A stretch of 64,000 nucleotides of DNA, taken from positions 5,708 to 69,707 of the forward strand of contig CACIRX010000005.1 in assembly GCA_902589175.1 (NCBI GenBank), in the 5' to 3' direction. Positions 52,121 through 61,975 of this stretch are shown piece by piece; position 1 is the stretch's first letter; each line of letters begins with the position of its first letter. The notes beneath the pieces are model-generated. The model was not told the DNA's origin. It saw only the letters and a list, made by a program, of their open reading frames with translations, and ran no database searches. Origin of the DNA: an uncultured Pelagibacteraceae bacterium. Lineage in GTDB: Bacteria; Pseudomonadota; Alphaproteobacteria; Pelagibacterales; AG-422-B15. The position numbers and the translations under genes are program-made.

Positions 52121-52985
52121 TTAATGGTTCAGACTCTAGAAATACTTTATAATCAATTTCTTTTGGTTTTATCAAATTTTTCATTTTATCTGGAACTAGT
52201 TCAGTTTTATCAACTGATGGATACATAATGTTCATTGAAGATATTATTTTTTGAATTTCATCCTCAATAATGAAATCTATAAATTGTTTTGCAAGTTTTT
52301 GATTCATTGACTCCTCTCGAACATAAACAATCTCCCTTGTGGCTAAGTGACCCTCAGTAAAATTAAGTGACTTGTATTTGTATTCATTTTCATATTCTTG
52401 GTGATAAAATGGTGAAGTACTATAACTCAAGACAAGGTCTGCATTTCCTTCAAGAAAAATTCCATAAGCCTCAGACCATCCTGGTGAGTATGTTATTATA
52501 TTCTGATCTAATTGTTTTAACTTAATAGAGAAGTCATTTTTAAATATTGATTTCATCCACCTTAACAAACCAATGCCAACTGGACTTGTACGAGGATCTT
52601 GCACAACTATTTTAAGATCTTCACGATTTACCAACTCCTCAAAAGTTTTGGGTGGGTCAGTTAGTTTACTACTGTCATAAATAAACGAAAAGAAACCATG
52701 ATCATACTCATGCCAATCTTCAATTGAATAATCAAATTCGTGCATTTCTACGCCAAGAATTACATCCTTTCCATTCAGAAAAATCTCATTATTTAAAGTG
52801 CCTGCTTGACTGGTTGAGATGAATTGAAGATCGCAATTGCAAATTTCTTCAAACTTTCCTTCTATAATAGGTCCTGGCCCCCAATCAGCTGAGAAAGAGT
52901 CGTAGGTTCCAACAACTAATTTTTCTTGGGCAAAGGAGCTGTTTAAATAAATAAAGAAAAATAAGACTATTGATATTTTTTGCAT
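52089..52985 (-). CDS. thiB: Thiamine ABC transporter substrate-binding protein ThiB
   Basis: Signal peptide; TYDSFSADWGPGP, C.C, QDPRTS, GWSEAYG.FLEG.ADLVLSYSTSP and EGH motifs; TPP riboswitch upstream. Confidence 0.88.
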   Translation of the reverse strand: MQKISIVLFFFIYLNSSFAQEKLVVGTYDSFSADWGPGPIIEGKFEEICNCDLQFISTSQAGTLNNEIFLNGKDVILGVEMHEFDYSIEDWHEYDHGFFSFIYDSSKLTDPPKTFEELVNREDLKIVVQDPRTSPVGIGLLRWMKSIFKNDFSIKLKQLDQNIITYSPGWSEAYGIFLEGNADLVLSYSTSPFYHQEYENEYKYKSLNFTEGHLATREIVYVREESMNQKLAKQFIDFIIEDEIQKIISSMNIMYPSVDKTELVPDKMKNLIKPKEIDYKVFLESEPLIETWLETIAG

Positions 52986-52986
52986 A

Positions 52987-53066
52987 TTTCCTCCGCTAGC
53001 ATTATCTAGATCAGGTTTTGGGTCGTTCCATTATCTGGAACCTCTCAGCAATAGCTCCCCATAATC
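52987..53066 (-). ncRNA. TPP riboswitch
   Basis: Minus strand GGGGAGC..GCUGAGAGG..GACCC..AACCUGAUCUAGAUAAUGCUAGCGGAGGA. The aptamer 3' end contains the thiB SD, pointing to translational control. Confidence 0.93.
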
Positions 53067-53117
53067 TTCGATCAATTATATATTTATCATTCATCATTAA
53101 TCAAATATATTTTTGCA

Positions 53118-53552
53118 ATGCAAACTGACATATTAAAAAATATAAAAAACTATACCAAGGATACTGATCCTGGACCGTTCTCAAAAAATAATGGTTTTCT
53201 CTATAATTTAGAACTCGATGGAATTTTTTATAAAGGATTTACGGTTGAGGAAATTAATTGCAATAAAGCTGGTATAGCGCATGGAGGCACACTCATTGCA
53301 TTTGCAGATGGAATTATGGGGTATACTGCTTGGAAAAAGGACTCATTCCCATGCTTAACTGCTAAATTAAATGCTAATTATGTAGGCCCCGCTCCAAAAG
53401 GATCCTGGGTATATGGTTTTGCAGAAATTACTAGAGAGACAAAATCAATTTTATTTATGAAGTGTAATTTATTTATAGATGATAAAATTATTTTTACATC
53501 AGATGGGATTTTTAAAATTTTAAGAAATCACGGAAAAAAGGATCCATCTTAA
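53118..53552 (+). CDS. PaaI-family hot-dog thioesterase
   Basis: N..GIAHGG...AFAD motif and L...Y..PA..G pattern. Confidence 0.88.
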   Translation: MQTDILKNIKNYTKDTDPGPFSKNNGFLYNLELDGIFYKGFTVEEINCNKAGIAHGGTLIAFADGIMGYTAWKKDSFPCLTAKLNANYVGPAPKGSWVYGFAEITRETKSILFMKCNLFIDDKIIFTSDGIFKILRNHGKKDPS

Positions 53553-53554
53553 CA

Positions 53555-54499
53555 ATGTTTAATCAGAAAAATTTTAAAATTATTAAAAATAAGGATATCG
53601 AAATAAATACATATATTGATGGAGAGGGTCCATTAGTTATAATGGCACATGGGTGGCCAGAGTCTTGGTATTCTTGGAGACATCAGATTACTTCTTTAGT
53701 TAAAAACGGTTTCAAAGTAGCAGTGCCAGATATGAGAGGTTATGGAAAAACTTCAAAGCCAACTGAAATCGATGCTTACAATATTATGGAGCTCACTTCA
53801 GATATTATTGCTATAGCAGATGAGATGAAAGAAGATAATTTTTCATTAATTGGACACGACTGGGGAGCACCAGTTGCCTGGAATACGTCATTGTATCATC
53901 CTGATAGAGTTAATAAAGTTTGTGGAATGAGCGTGCCATATTTAGTTTCAAAAATGCCTCCAATTGAAACAATGAAATTTTTATTCAAAGATGTATTTTT
54001 TTATATGATTTATTTTCAAGAAGAAGGACGTGTCGAGAAAGAATTAGAGCAAGACATGAGAAAATCTCTGATTGCAGTATATAGTTCTCTCACAAGTGAT
54101 GGAGAAGAGTCACAAACTTTTGAACCTAAGCCGTATACAGATGAGATGACATTCTTAGACTCACTTGGTGAACATAATAAAATTCCTGAGTTTATGTCAG
54201 AAGAGGATTTTGATTTTTATCTTAAAGAATTTACAAATGGAGGAATGCGCGGACCAATTAACTGGTATCGAAACATTGACAAAAATTGGGAAATTACAAA
54301 AGATACACATGAGAAAAAAATATCACCTCCTTCATGTTTTATTGTGGGCGAGCACGATCCTGTGGCTAAATGGAGTTTGATAAATCCAGCCCTACATGAA
54401 AACCTTGTCTCAAATCATATAATTAAAAATGCAGGTCATTGGGTACAACAGGAGAAGCCTGACGAAGTAAATAATATACTATTAGATTTTCTTAAATAG
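53555..54499 (+). CDS. Alpha/beta hydrolase, epoxide hydrolase family
   Basis: HGWPE, PDMRGYG, GHDWGA nucleophile elbow, NWYRN and AGHWVQQE motifs. Confidence 0.9.
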   Translation: MFNQKNFKIIKNKDIEINTYIDGEGPLVIMAHGWPESWYSWRHQITSLVKNGFKVAVPDMRGYGKTSKPTEIDAYNIMELTSDIIAIADEMKEDNFSLIGHDWGAPVAWNTSLYHPDRVNKVCGMSVPYLVSKMPPIETMKFLFKDVFFYMIYFQEEGRVEKELEQDMRKSLIAVYSSLTSDGEESQTFEPKPYTDEMTFLDSLGEHNKIPEFMSEEDFDFYLKEFTNGGMRGPINWYRNIDKNWEITKDTHEKKISPPSCFIVGEHDPVAKWSLINPALHENLVSNHIIKNAGHWVQQEKPDEVNNILLDFLK

Positions 54500-54540
54500 A
54501 TTGAAGATTTATCTGTTTTTAGATACATTCTCACTCGTTT

Positions 54541-54617
<77 letters not shown>

Positions 54618-54629
54618 ATGAGGTTTTGA

Positions 54630-55667
54630 ATGAGCGTGCCAATCGAAAATTCTTACACAATGCCAGCTGAATGGTTTCCTCACGAGTGTTGCTGGATGCA
54701 ATGGCCAACAGAGACATTTCCAACAGATGTTACATCATCTTGGTCACATTTTGATTATCAAAAAGGTAGAGATGCATGGGCGAAAGTTGCAAATGCCATC
54801 TCAAAATTTGAAAAAACTAAAATGATAGTTCATCCAAAGGACTCTGCTAGTGCAAAAAGTCTGTTGAGCGAAAAAATAGATATTATCGAGTTTCCTATTA
54901 ATGACGCATGGTCAAGGGATACAGGTGCAATATTTCTATTAGATCATAATCATGGATTAGCAGGGGTAGATTCAGATTTTAATTGTTGGGGTTACAAAGA
55001 AAATTATGAGCTTGACGATAAAGTAGCCAAAATGATGATTGAAAAATCTGGAGCTAAATATTTTAAAAACAATATGGTGCTTGAAGGTGGTTCAATTGAT
55101 GTAGATGGTAATGGAACATTATTGACAACAGAACAATGCTTACTCCATAAAAATAGAAATCCTAATCTTTCAAAATTAGAAATTGAAGCAAACCTTAAAA
55201 ATTTTTTTGGTGTTAAAAATATTATTTGGCTAAAACACGGTACAGACGAGGGCACAAATGGTCATGTGGATAATGTTGCATGTTTTATCTCACCTGGAAG
55301 AGTTATGGCCATGACATGTCAAGACAAACAAGATCCGTATTATGACTTACTGAATGAAAATCTGGAAATCTTAAAAACTTCAAAAGATGCAAATGGAAAT
55401 GACTTAGATGTAATTGAATTAGAGATGTCTTATAAAAGAATAATTCCAAATGATGATGAGCCATGCTCATATATTAACTTCTATATTGCAAATTCAGCTG
55501 TAATTCTTCCAATTTTTGGTGATGAAAAGGCAGATCAAAATGCTTTAGAAATAGTTAAAAGTTCATTTCCTGATCGAAAAGTAGTTACTCTTGATGGGTC
55601 TCATATACTTTTGGGAGGAGGTGGTGTACACTGCATTACGCAACAACAACCAAGGAGTAAATTGTGA
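54630..55667 (+). CDS. aguA: Agmatine deiminase (peptidyl-arginine deiminase family)
   Basis: MPAEW.PH, DAWSRD.G, LEGGSI.VDG.GT, RNP, T.GHVDN, SYINFY and [13 protein letters not shown] motifs. Confidence 0.93.
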   Translation: MSVPIENSYTMPAEWFPHECCWMQWPTETFPTDVTSSWSHFDYQKGRDAWAKVANAISKFEKTKMIVHPKDSASAKSLLSEKIDIIEFPINDAWSRDTGAIFLLDHNHGLAGVDSDFNCWGYKENYELDDKVAKMMIEKSGAKYFKNNMVLEGGSIDVDGNGTLLTTEQCLLHKNRNPNLSKLEIEANLKNFFGVKNIIWLKHGTDEGTNGHVDNVACFISPGRVMAMTCQDKQDPYYDLLNENLEILKTSKDANGNDLDVIELEMSYKRIIPNDDEPCSYINFYIANSAVILPIFGDEKADQNALEIVKSSFPDRKVVTLDGSHILLGGGGVHCITQQQPRSKL

Positions 55668-56533
55668 AAGAAGTAACCGTAGCAGCAACGCAAATGGCCT
55701 GCTCTAATGATACTGATAAGAATGTAAGCAATGCTGAGAAGCTTGTCAGACAGGCCGCCTCCGAAGGTGCTCAAATAATATTAATTCAAGAGTTATTTGA
55801 ATCACAATATTTTTGCATGGACCAAAAAGAAGAACTGTTTGAATTATCAAAGCCTTTTGATAACCATCCAACAATAAAGAAATTTTCTGAATTAGCTAAA
55901 GAGCTGAAAGTTGTTTTGCCAGTGAGTTTTTTTGAAAAAGCAAATAGAGCTCATTATAACTCAGTTGCGATTGTAGATGCAGATGGAAGCATATTAGGAA
56001 AATACAGAAAGTCGCACATTCCTGATGGACCAGGCTACCAGGAAAAGTTTTATTTTAATCCTGGAGATACAGGTTTCAAAGTATGGAACACTAAATACGC
56101 TAAGATTGGAGTTGGTATATGTTGGGATCAGTGGTTTCCGGAAGCCGCAAGGTCCATGGTTCTAAGTGGAGCAGAGTTATTACTATATCCAACTGCTATT
56201 GGAGGAGAACCGGAAGATGATGGATTTGATAGCTCAGATATGTGGCAAAGAGCAATGATAGGTCACTCCGCATCAAATCAAATACCAGTCATTGCTTCAA
56301 ATAGAATTGGAACTGAAAAAGGAATTGATATTGAAAACTATTTTTATGGTCGTTCCTTCGTGACAAATCATGTTGGTGATAAGATCGCAGAAGGAAGTAG
56401 AGATAAAGAAGAAGTACTGATAGGAAAGATAAATTTGTCCGAAGCTGAAACCTTGCGAAACGTTTGGGGGGTTTTTAGAGATCGAAGACCTGAACTCTAT
56501 AAAGGCCTTCTTAATCTAGATGGATCAGAATAG
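55664..56533 (+). CDS. aguB: N-carbamoylputrescine amidase
   Basis: Nitrilase triad: QELF, YRKSHIPDGPGYQEKFYF, ICWDQWFPE; LYPTAIG; adjacent to aguA. Confidence 0.94.
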   Translation: MKEVTVAATQMACSNDTDKNVSNAEKLVRQAASEGAQIILIQELFESQYFCMDQKEELFELSKPFDNHPTIKKFSELAKELKVVLPVSFFEKANRAHYNSVAIVDADGSILGKYRKSHIPDGPGYQEKFYFNPGDTGFKVWNTKYAKIGVGICWDQWFPEAARSMVLSGAELLLYPTAIGGEPEDDGFDSSDMWQRAMIGHSASNQIPVIASNRIGTEKGIDIENYFYGRSFVTNHVGDKIAEGSRDKEEVLIGKINLSEAETLRNVWGVFRDRRPELYKGLLNLDGSE

Positions 56534-56538
56534 AGAAT

Positions 56539-56817
56539 ATGAAAGCTAAAATATATAAACCCTCTAAAACTGCAATGCAGTCAGGAAGATCAAAATTTAA
56601 TAAATGGGTTTTAAAATTTTCGGACCAAAAAAATCAACTTAAAGATACTATGATGGGTTGGAATGGTGGTAGTAGCACTGTTTCTCAAATTGAATTAAAG
56701 TTCTCATCTAAAGAAGAAGCGGTCAGTTATGCAAAAAAAAATAGTATTGATTATGAAGTTCTTGAAACCTCAGAAAGGAAAGTTATAAACAAATCTTACG
56801 CAGATAACTTTAAGTAG
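56539..56817 (+). CDS. ETC complex I accessory subunit (NDUFS4-like)
   Basis: AKIYKP.KTAMQSG, MMGW, L.F.SKEEA and KSYADNF motifs. Confidence 0.92.
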   Translation: MKAKIYKPSKTAMQSGRSKFNKWVLKFSDQKNQLKDTMMGWNGGSSTVSQIELKFSSKEEAVSYAKKNSIDYEVLETSERKVINKSYADNFK

Positions 56818-56894
56818 GCGCCCGTAGCTCAGCTGGATAGAGCAACAGCCTTCTAAGCTGTGGGTCAGAGGTTCGAATCCTCTCGGGCGCGCCA
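56818..56894 (+). tRNA. tRNA-Arg (anticodon TCT)
   Basis: GCGCCCG/CGGGCGC-G-CCA acceptor; ACAGC-CT-TCT-AA-GCTGT anticodon arm. Confidence 0.97.
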
Positions 56895-56902
56895 TCAACA
56901 CA

Positions 56903-57562
56903 ATGAAGAAATTATTTATTACAGTCACATTAATAGCATTACTCAGTTCTTCAGCATTCTCAAAAGCTGAAAATGTTTATGATCTTTTTGCAACTGGAAA
57001 AAAAGAAGAAGCAATACAAGTTTTAAAAGACTTTGTGAATACAGAGTCAAATCCAGATGCAAAATATATTTTAGGACTTTTATATAACGATGCTTCATCT
57101 ATAAACTTGTGTAAAATAGATGACTTTTGTGTAGATCAGAACGAGTCAAACTACAAAAAAGCATATGAGATTTTTTTAGATCTTTACGAAAATGAGAACG
57201 ACCCAAGAGCAGCGTATGCCATTGGAGAATATTACGACAATCACTGGGTATTTTGGCCAAACTATAAAAAAGCATTTAAGTATTATTTATTTGCTGCAGA
57301 GAGAGGTGTGCCCGAAGCTCAATATAATGTTGCAAACATGTACGAGTTTGGAGACGGAGTAAAAAAAGATCTTGTTCAATCAGTTAGATGGTATTTGCAA
57401 TGTAACAAGTCTTCATTATGTGGTGCAGGAAAAGAAGGAATTGATGACCTTATTGCAGAGCTAAGTCCTGATGAATTAAACTACGCACTGTCACTTGTGG
57501 AAGATACAATTGAAGAAGTAGATATAAGAATAACTGCAGCACGAGCAATTGTGGTTCGGTAA
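56903..57562 (+). CDS. Secreted Sel1-repeat protein
   Basis: Signal peptide; repeats AKYILGLLY, AAYAIGEYY..NYKKAFKYY..AAERG and AQYNVANMYEFGDGVKKD...SVRWY. Confidence 0.85.
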   Translation: MKKLFITVTLIALLSSSAFSKAENVYDLFATGKKEEAIQVLKDFVNTESNPDAKYILGLLYNDASSINLCKIDDFCVDQNESNYKKAYEIFLDLYENENDPRAAYAIGEYYDNHWVFWPNYKKAFKYYLFAAERGVPEAQYNVANMYEFGDGVKKDLVQSVRWYLQCNKSSLCGAGKEGIDDLIAELSPDELNYALSLVEDTIEEVDIRITAARAIVVR

Positions 57563-57692
57563 TTAAAAGACACAATATATAGCGGTGTCAATTTGCCTTT
57601 TTTGTTTCTACTTTATTTGTTTCTCTTCGAATTAAAACTGTGATTATATTTTCCTTTATTTAATTAATTAAATCAAAAAGGATTAATCACTT

Positions 57693-58718
57693 ATGAATAC
57701 AATGAGAATTAGTTTCCTTGGATTAGTTTGTTCAGTGTTGATGGTACCAGCTGCATTTGCTGGAACGTTGGACACTGTTAAATCACAAGGATTTTTCAAC
57801 TGTGGTGTAAGTCAGGGAGTTCCTGGTTTTTCAAACCCAGATGCAGATGGAAACTGGAGTGGTATTGATGTAGACGTATGTCGTGCTGTCTCAGCTGCCA
57901 TTTTTGGTGATCCAGATAAAGTAAAGTATGTACCTCTTACTGCGAAAGAGAGATTTACAGCACTTCAAGCTGGAGAAATTGACGTATTATCACGAAACAC
58001 TACTTGGACATTGTCACGTGACGCTCAAATTGGTTTAGAGTTTGCAGGCGTTAACTTCTATGATGGTCAAGGTTTCATGGTTAGAAAAGACTCAGGCATT
58101 ACTAGTGCAATGGAACTAGATGGCGCAAGTGTTTGTACTAACCTTGGTACTACTACTGAATTAAATATGGCTGATTTTTTTAGAGCAAATGGCATGGCTT
58201 ATGAGCCAGTTGTTTTTGAAAAAGCTGACGAGGTTGTAAACGCTTATGACGAAGGTCGTTGCGATACTTATACAACTGATAAATCAGGTTTAGCAGCTCA
58301 AAGAACAAAACTAGCTGACCCAGATGCACACGTTGTTCTTCCTGAAACAATTTCTAAAGAACCTTTAGGACCTGTTGTTAGAGAAGGTGATGGAGACTGG
58401 GCTGACGTTGTTAGATGGTCATTGAACGCTATGATTGAAGCTGAAGAATTCGGCTTAAGTCAATCAAATGCTAAGACAGAGTGTGCCTTAACTTCAAATC
58501 CTGTAGTTGCAAGACTATGCGGTAAAGAAGGTGGTACAGGAGCAGGCTTGAACTTAGGTGACAGCTGGTCTTATGACATTGTTACAAAAGTAGGAAACTA
58601 CGGTGATGTTTATGAAAAACACGTTGGGGAAAATACTCCGGTAGGACTTGCAAGAGCAGGATCACCTAATGCTTCTTATAAAAATGGTGGAGTACTTTAT
58701 GCTCCTCCTGCTAGATAA
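57693..58718 (+). CDS. aapJ: General L-amino acid ABC transporter substrate-binding protein (AapJ/BztA)
   Basis: CGV..G.PGFS, G.DVD.CRA, RFTALQ.GEIDVLSRNTTWT, FYDGQG, ISKEPLGP and VGNYG motifs. Confidence 0.94.
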   Translation: MNTMRISFLGLVCSVLMVPAAFAGTLDTVKSQGFFNCGVSQGVPGFSNPDADGNWSGIDVDVCRAVSAAIFGDPDKVKYVPLTAKERFTALQAGEIDVLSRNTTWTLSRDAQIGLEFAGVNFYDGQGFMVRKDSGITSAMELDGASVCTNLGTTTELNMADFFRANGMAYEPVVFEKADEVVNAYDEGRCDTYTTDKSGLAAQRTKLADPDAHVVLPETISKEPLGPVVREGDGDWADVVRWSLNAMIEAEEFGLSQSNAKTECALTSNPVVARLCGKEGGTGAGLNLGDSWSYDIVTKVGNYGDVYEKHVGENTPVGLARAGSPNASYKNGGVLYAPPAR

Positions 58719-58750
58719 TAGTTAAAGTAATTTCTAGCAAAGATCACTTT

Positions 58751-58779
58751 AAAGGGGGCCTCTTGGCCCCCTTTTTTTT
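58751..58779 (+). terminator. Intra-operon intrinsic terminator after aapJ
   Basis: AAAGGGGGCC-TCTT-GGCCCCCTTT followed by a T-run. Confidence 0.88.
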
Positions 58780-58820
58780 ATGTTTAAATAATTCAAATCA
58801 ATATATAGTTTTTAGCTGTT

Positions 58821-59999
58821 ATGGAGACGGATAAATCAAAAATTGGAAGTTTTCTATTTAATAGGAGTGTTCAAGGAGTCTTCTATCAGCTTATCACATT
58901 AGGGCTAGTAGCTCTTGGCATTTACTACATTGTTACTAACACAGCTCGCAATATGTTGGAACGCGGCTTAGCAAGCGGTTTTCACTTTCTAGGAGTTGAA
59001 TCTCAATTTGATATAGGGATGACTCTTATAGAGTATTCTCCAACATCTACTTATTTTGACTCATTCATTGTAGGTTTATTGAATACCTTGCTGGTTGCAG
59101 GAATAGGAATTCTTTTTGCAACAATTATCGGATTTACAGTAGGTATCATGCGGTTATCATCTAATTGGTTGATTGCAAAGATCGCAGAGGCTTATGTTGA
59201 GATTCTTAGAAATATCCCATTACTTCTTCAAATATTTTTTTGGTACTTTGCTGTTTTAAGGGCACTTCCAAAACCCAAGCAAAGTTTAGAGCTTTACGAT
59301 TCATTTTTTCTAAATAACAGAGGTTTGTTTATACCTGACACTGTATTCGGTGAGGGATCTTCAATAATATTTTACTTGCTTTGGCTAACAATAATAATTT
59401 CAATTGGAATATTCATTTGGGCAAAACGTAGACAAAATAGTACTGGAGAGAGATTCCCTGCCTTCTATGTATCAACTGCATTAATTTTAGGTACATTCTT
59501 TATTAGCTTAGCTGCAACTGGTTTTCCAGTTTCTTTTGAATACCCGGAATTAAAAGGTTTTAATTTTAAAGGTGGCGTAAAGTTAATACCTGAATTAGTT
59601 GCTCTAACTTTTGCGTTAGCCATGTACACAGCTTCATTTATTGCAGAGGTGGTCCGAGGTGGCATCATGGCGGTGTCAAAAGGTCAAACAGAGGCTGCAA
59701 AATCTGTTGGTCTAAAACAAAATCTAATACTTCGTCTAATTATCATTCCTCAGGCTTTGCGGGTAATTGTACCGCCATTAACTAATCAATATTTAAACTT
59801 AACTAAAAACTCTTCCTTGGCGGCTGCAATTGCATATCCTGATCTCGTTTTGGTATTTGCTGGAACGGCGTTAATGCAAACTGGTCAAGCAATTGAAATT
59901 ATTGGAATGGTGATGGGCGTATATCTATTTTTAAGCCTATTCACATCTTTAATTATGAATCTATTTAACAGATTTATGAAAGTTGATGGTGAAAGATAA
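58821..59999 (+). CDS. aapQ: Amino acid ABC transporter permease (AapQ/BztB)
   Basis: GLLNTLLV, RNIPLLLQ and FIAEVVRGGI..V.KGQ.EAA (EAA loop) motifs; NLTKNSSL. Confidence 0.92.
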   Translation: METDKSKIGSFLFNRSVQGVFYQLITLGLVALGIYYIVTNTARNMLERGLASGFHFLGVESQFDIGMTLIEYSPTSTYFDSFIVGLLNTLLVAGIGILFATIIGFTVGIMRLSSNWLIAKIAEAYVEILRNIPLLLQIFFWYFAVLRALPKPKQSLELYDSFFLNNRGLFIPDTVFGEGSSIIFYLLWLTIIISIGIFIWAKRRQNSTGERFPAFYVSTALILGTFFISLAATGFPVSFEYPELKGFNFKGGVKLIPELVALTFALAMYTASFIAEVVRGGIMAVSKGQTEAAKSVGLKQNLILRLIIIPQALRVIVPPLTNQYLNLTKNSSLAAAIAYPDLVLVFAGTALMQTGQAIEIIGMVMGVYLFLSLFTSLIMNLFNRFMKVDGER

Positions 60000-61082
60000 A
60001 TGAGTACTGCTAACAAAGAGATCGGACCTCCAGTTATAGAGCTAGGAGCAATGGGATGGCTTAGAAAAAATCTTTTTTCTAATTGGTATAATTCTTTGCT
60101 TACAGTTTTTGGCTTATACCTACTTTATATTCTAATCCCTCCTTTAGTGAACTGGATATTTTTAGATGCAAATTTTGTCGGCTCGACCCGAGATGATTGC
60201 ACAAATGAAGGAGCATGCTGGATATTTATACAACAAAATATCAAGCTTATATTTTATGGACTATACCCAACTGAAGAATTATGGAGAATAAATTTTGTTT
60301 ATCTTATTCTATTAATATCAGGTGTATATCTACTTATTCCTAATTTGAAGTACAAAGGCTGGGTAGGCGCTTTTCTGCTTATAATTTTCCCAATCATTTG
60401 TGTGGTTATGTTGTCAGGGGGTCTTGGCCTTGAAGCGGTTGAAACTCGTTTGTGGGGTGGTTTATTTTTAACATTGGTTATTGCTGGAGTTGGAATTGTA
60501 TTATCTTTACCAATTGGAGTAATGCTAGCTCTGGGCAGAAGGTCTAAGCTGCCGGTAGTTTCAATTTTATGTACAATCTTTATTGAAATTTGGAGAGGTG
60601 TTCCGCTTATAACAGTTTTATTTATGGCCTCAAATATGTTTCCACTGTTCATGCCCGAGGGGGTCAACTTTGATAAATTAATTCGAGCATTGATTGGAGT
60701 TATGTTTTTTTCAGCTGCATATTTAGCTGAAGTTGTCAGAGGGGGTTTGCAGGCAATGCCAAAGGGTCAGTACGAAGCATCGCAAGCAGTCGGGTTAACC
60801 TACTGGAGAATGATGGCATTAGTAATTTTACCTCAGTCACTCAAGATGGTGATACCAGCAATTATAGGAAGCTTTATAGCAATATTTAAGGATACAACCC
60901 TGGTTTTAGTTATAGGTTTATTTGATTTTCTTGGTATTATTCAATTTGTTGGAACAAATCCAGATTGGTTAGGCTTTTCTCATGAGGGATATGTATTTGC
61001 TGCTGCAGTGTTTTGGGTTTTTTGTTATGCTATGAGTTGGTATAGTCAACGTCTTGAAAAAAAATTAGATACAGGAAGATAA
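60000..61082 (+). CDS. aapM: Amino acid ABC transporter permease (AapM/BztC)
   Basis: [42 protein letters not shown] and FKDTTLV motifs. Confidence 0.92.
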   Translation: MSTANKEIGPPVIELGAMGWLRKNLFSNWYNSLLTVFGLYLLYILIPPLVNWIFLDANFVGSTRDDCTNEGACWIFIQQNIKLIFYGLYPTEELWRINFVYLILLISGVYLLIPNLKYKGWVGAFLLIIFPIICVVMLSGGLGLEAVETRLWGGLFLTLVIAGVGIVLSLPIGVMLALGRRSKLPVVSILCTIFIEIWRGVPLITVLFMASNMFPLFMPEGVNFDKLIRALIGVMFFSAAYLAEVVRGGLQAMPKGQYEASQAVGLTYWRMMALVILPQSLKMVIPAIIGSFIAIFKDTTLVLVIGLFDFLGIIQFVGTNPDWLGFSHEGYVFAAAVFWVFCYAMSWYSQRLEKKLDTGR

Positions 61083-61084
61083 GT

Positions 61085-61822
61085 ATGAGCTCTGAATTAA
61101 TGATAGAAATGAAAAATGTTCACAAATGGTTCGGTGAACTGCACGTGCTGAATGATATTAATCTTGAAATTAACAAAGGGGAAAAGATTGTTATTTGTGG
61201 CCCATCCGGATCTGGCAAATCAACACTCATAAGATGCATCAATAGATTAGAGGAGCATCAAAGAGGCAATATTATAGTAGAAGGTACAGAGCTGACTAAT
61301 GATAGCAGAAGTATTGAGAGAATTCGTGGAGAAGTTGGAATGGTATTCCAACAATTTAATCTATTTCCACATTTATCCATATTAGACAATTGTTCGCTTG
61401 CTCCTATATGGGTTCGCAAGCTACCCAAAGCTGAAGCTAAAGATAAGGCTATGGAATATTTAAAACGAGTTCAAATAGATGATCAGGCTCACAAGTATCC
61501 AGCTCAGTTGTCCGGAGGCCAACAGCAGAGAGCAGCAATAGCTAGAGCACTTTGTATGGAGCCGAGAATTATGCTTTTTGATGAACCCACTTCAGCTCTT
61601 GATCCTGAGATGATTAAGGAAGTATTAGATGTGATGGTCGGCCTTGCTCAAGGTGGCATGACAATGATTGTTGTTACACACGAAATGGGATTTGCAAAAG
61701 AGGTTGCTGATAGCATTATTTTCATGGATGAGGGACAAATCGTAGAAGCAAAAAACCCAAAAGACTTTTTTGATAACCCTGAAAGTGAGCGAACTAAAAC
61801 ATTCTTAAGCCAAATTTTATAA
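61085..61822 (+). CDS. aapP: Amino acid ABC transporter ATP-binding protein (AapP/BztD)
   Basis: [28 protein letters not shown] and VTHEMGFA motifs. Confidence 0.95.
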   Translation: MSSELMIEMKNVHKWFGELHVLNDINLEINKGEKIVICGPSGSGKSTLIRCINRLEEHQRGNIIVEGTELTNDSRSIERIRGEVGMVFQQFNLFPHLSILDNCSLAPIWVRKLPKAEAKDKAMEYLKRVQIDDQAHKYPAQLSGGQQQRAAIARALCMEPRIMLFDEPTSALDPEMIKEVLDVMVGLAQGGMTMIVVTHEMGFAKEVADSIIFMDEGQIVEAKNPKDFFDNPESERTKTFLSQIL

Positions 61823-61824
61823 TT

Positions 61825-61900
61825 TGGCTCCCCGGACTGGACTCGAACCAGTGACAAAGCGGTTAACAGCCGCTTGCTCTACCAACTGAGCTACCGGGGA
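61825..61900 (-). tRNA. tRNA-Asn (anticodon GTT)
   Basis: Minus strand TCCCCGG...CCGGGGA-G-CCA; anticodon loop CT-GTT-AA. Confidence 0.97.
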
Positions 61901-61975
61901 TTATGTAATTTCTTATAACAAAAGATAAAGTTTATATCTAGTTTTACTTTGATAAGAAAGATATAAATATTCTCA

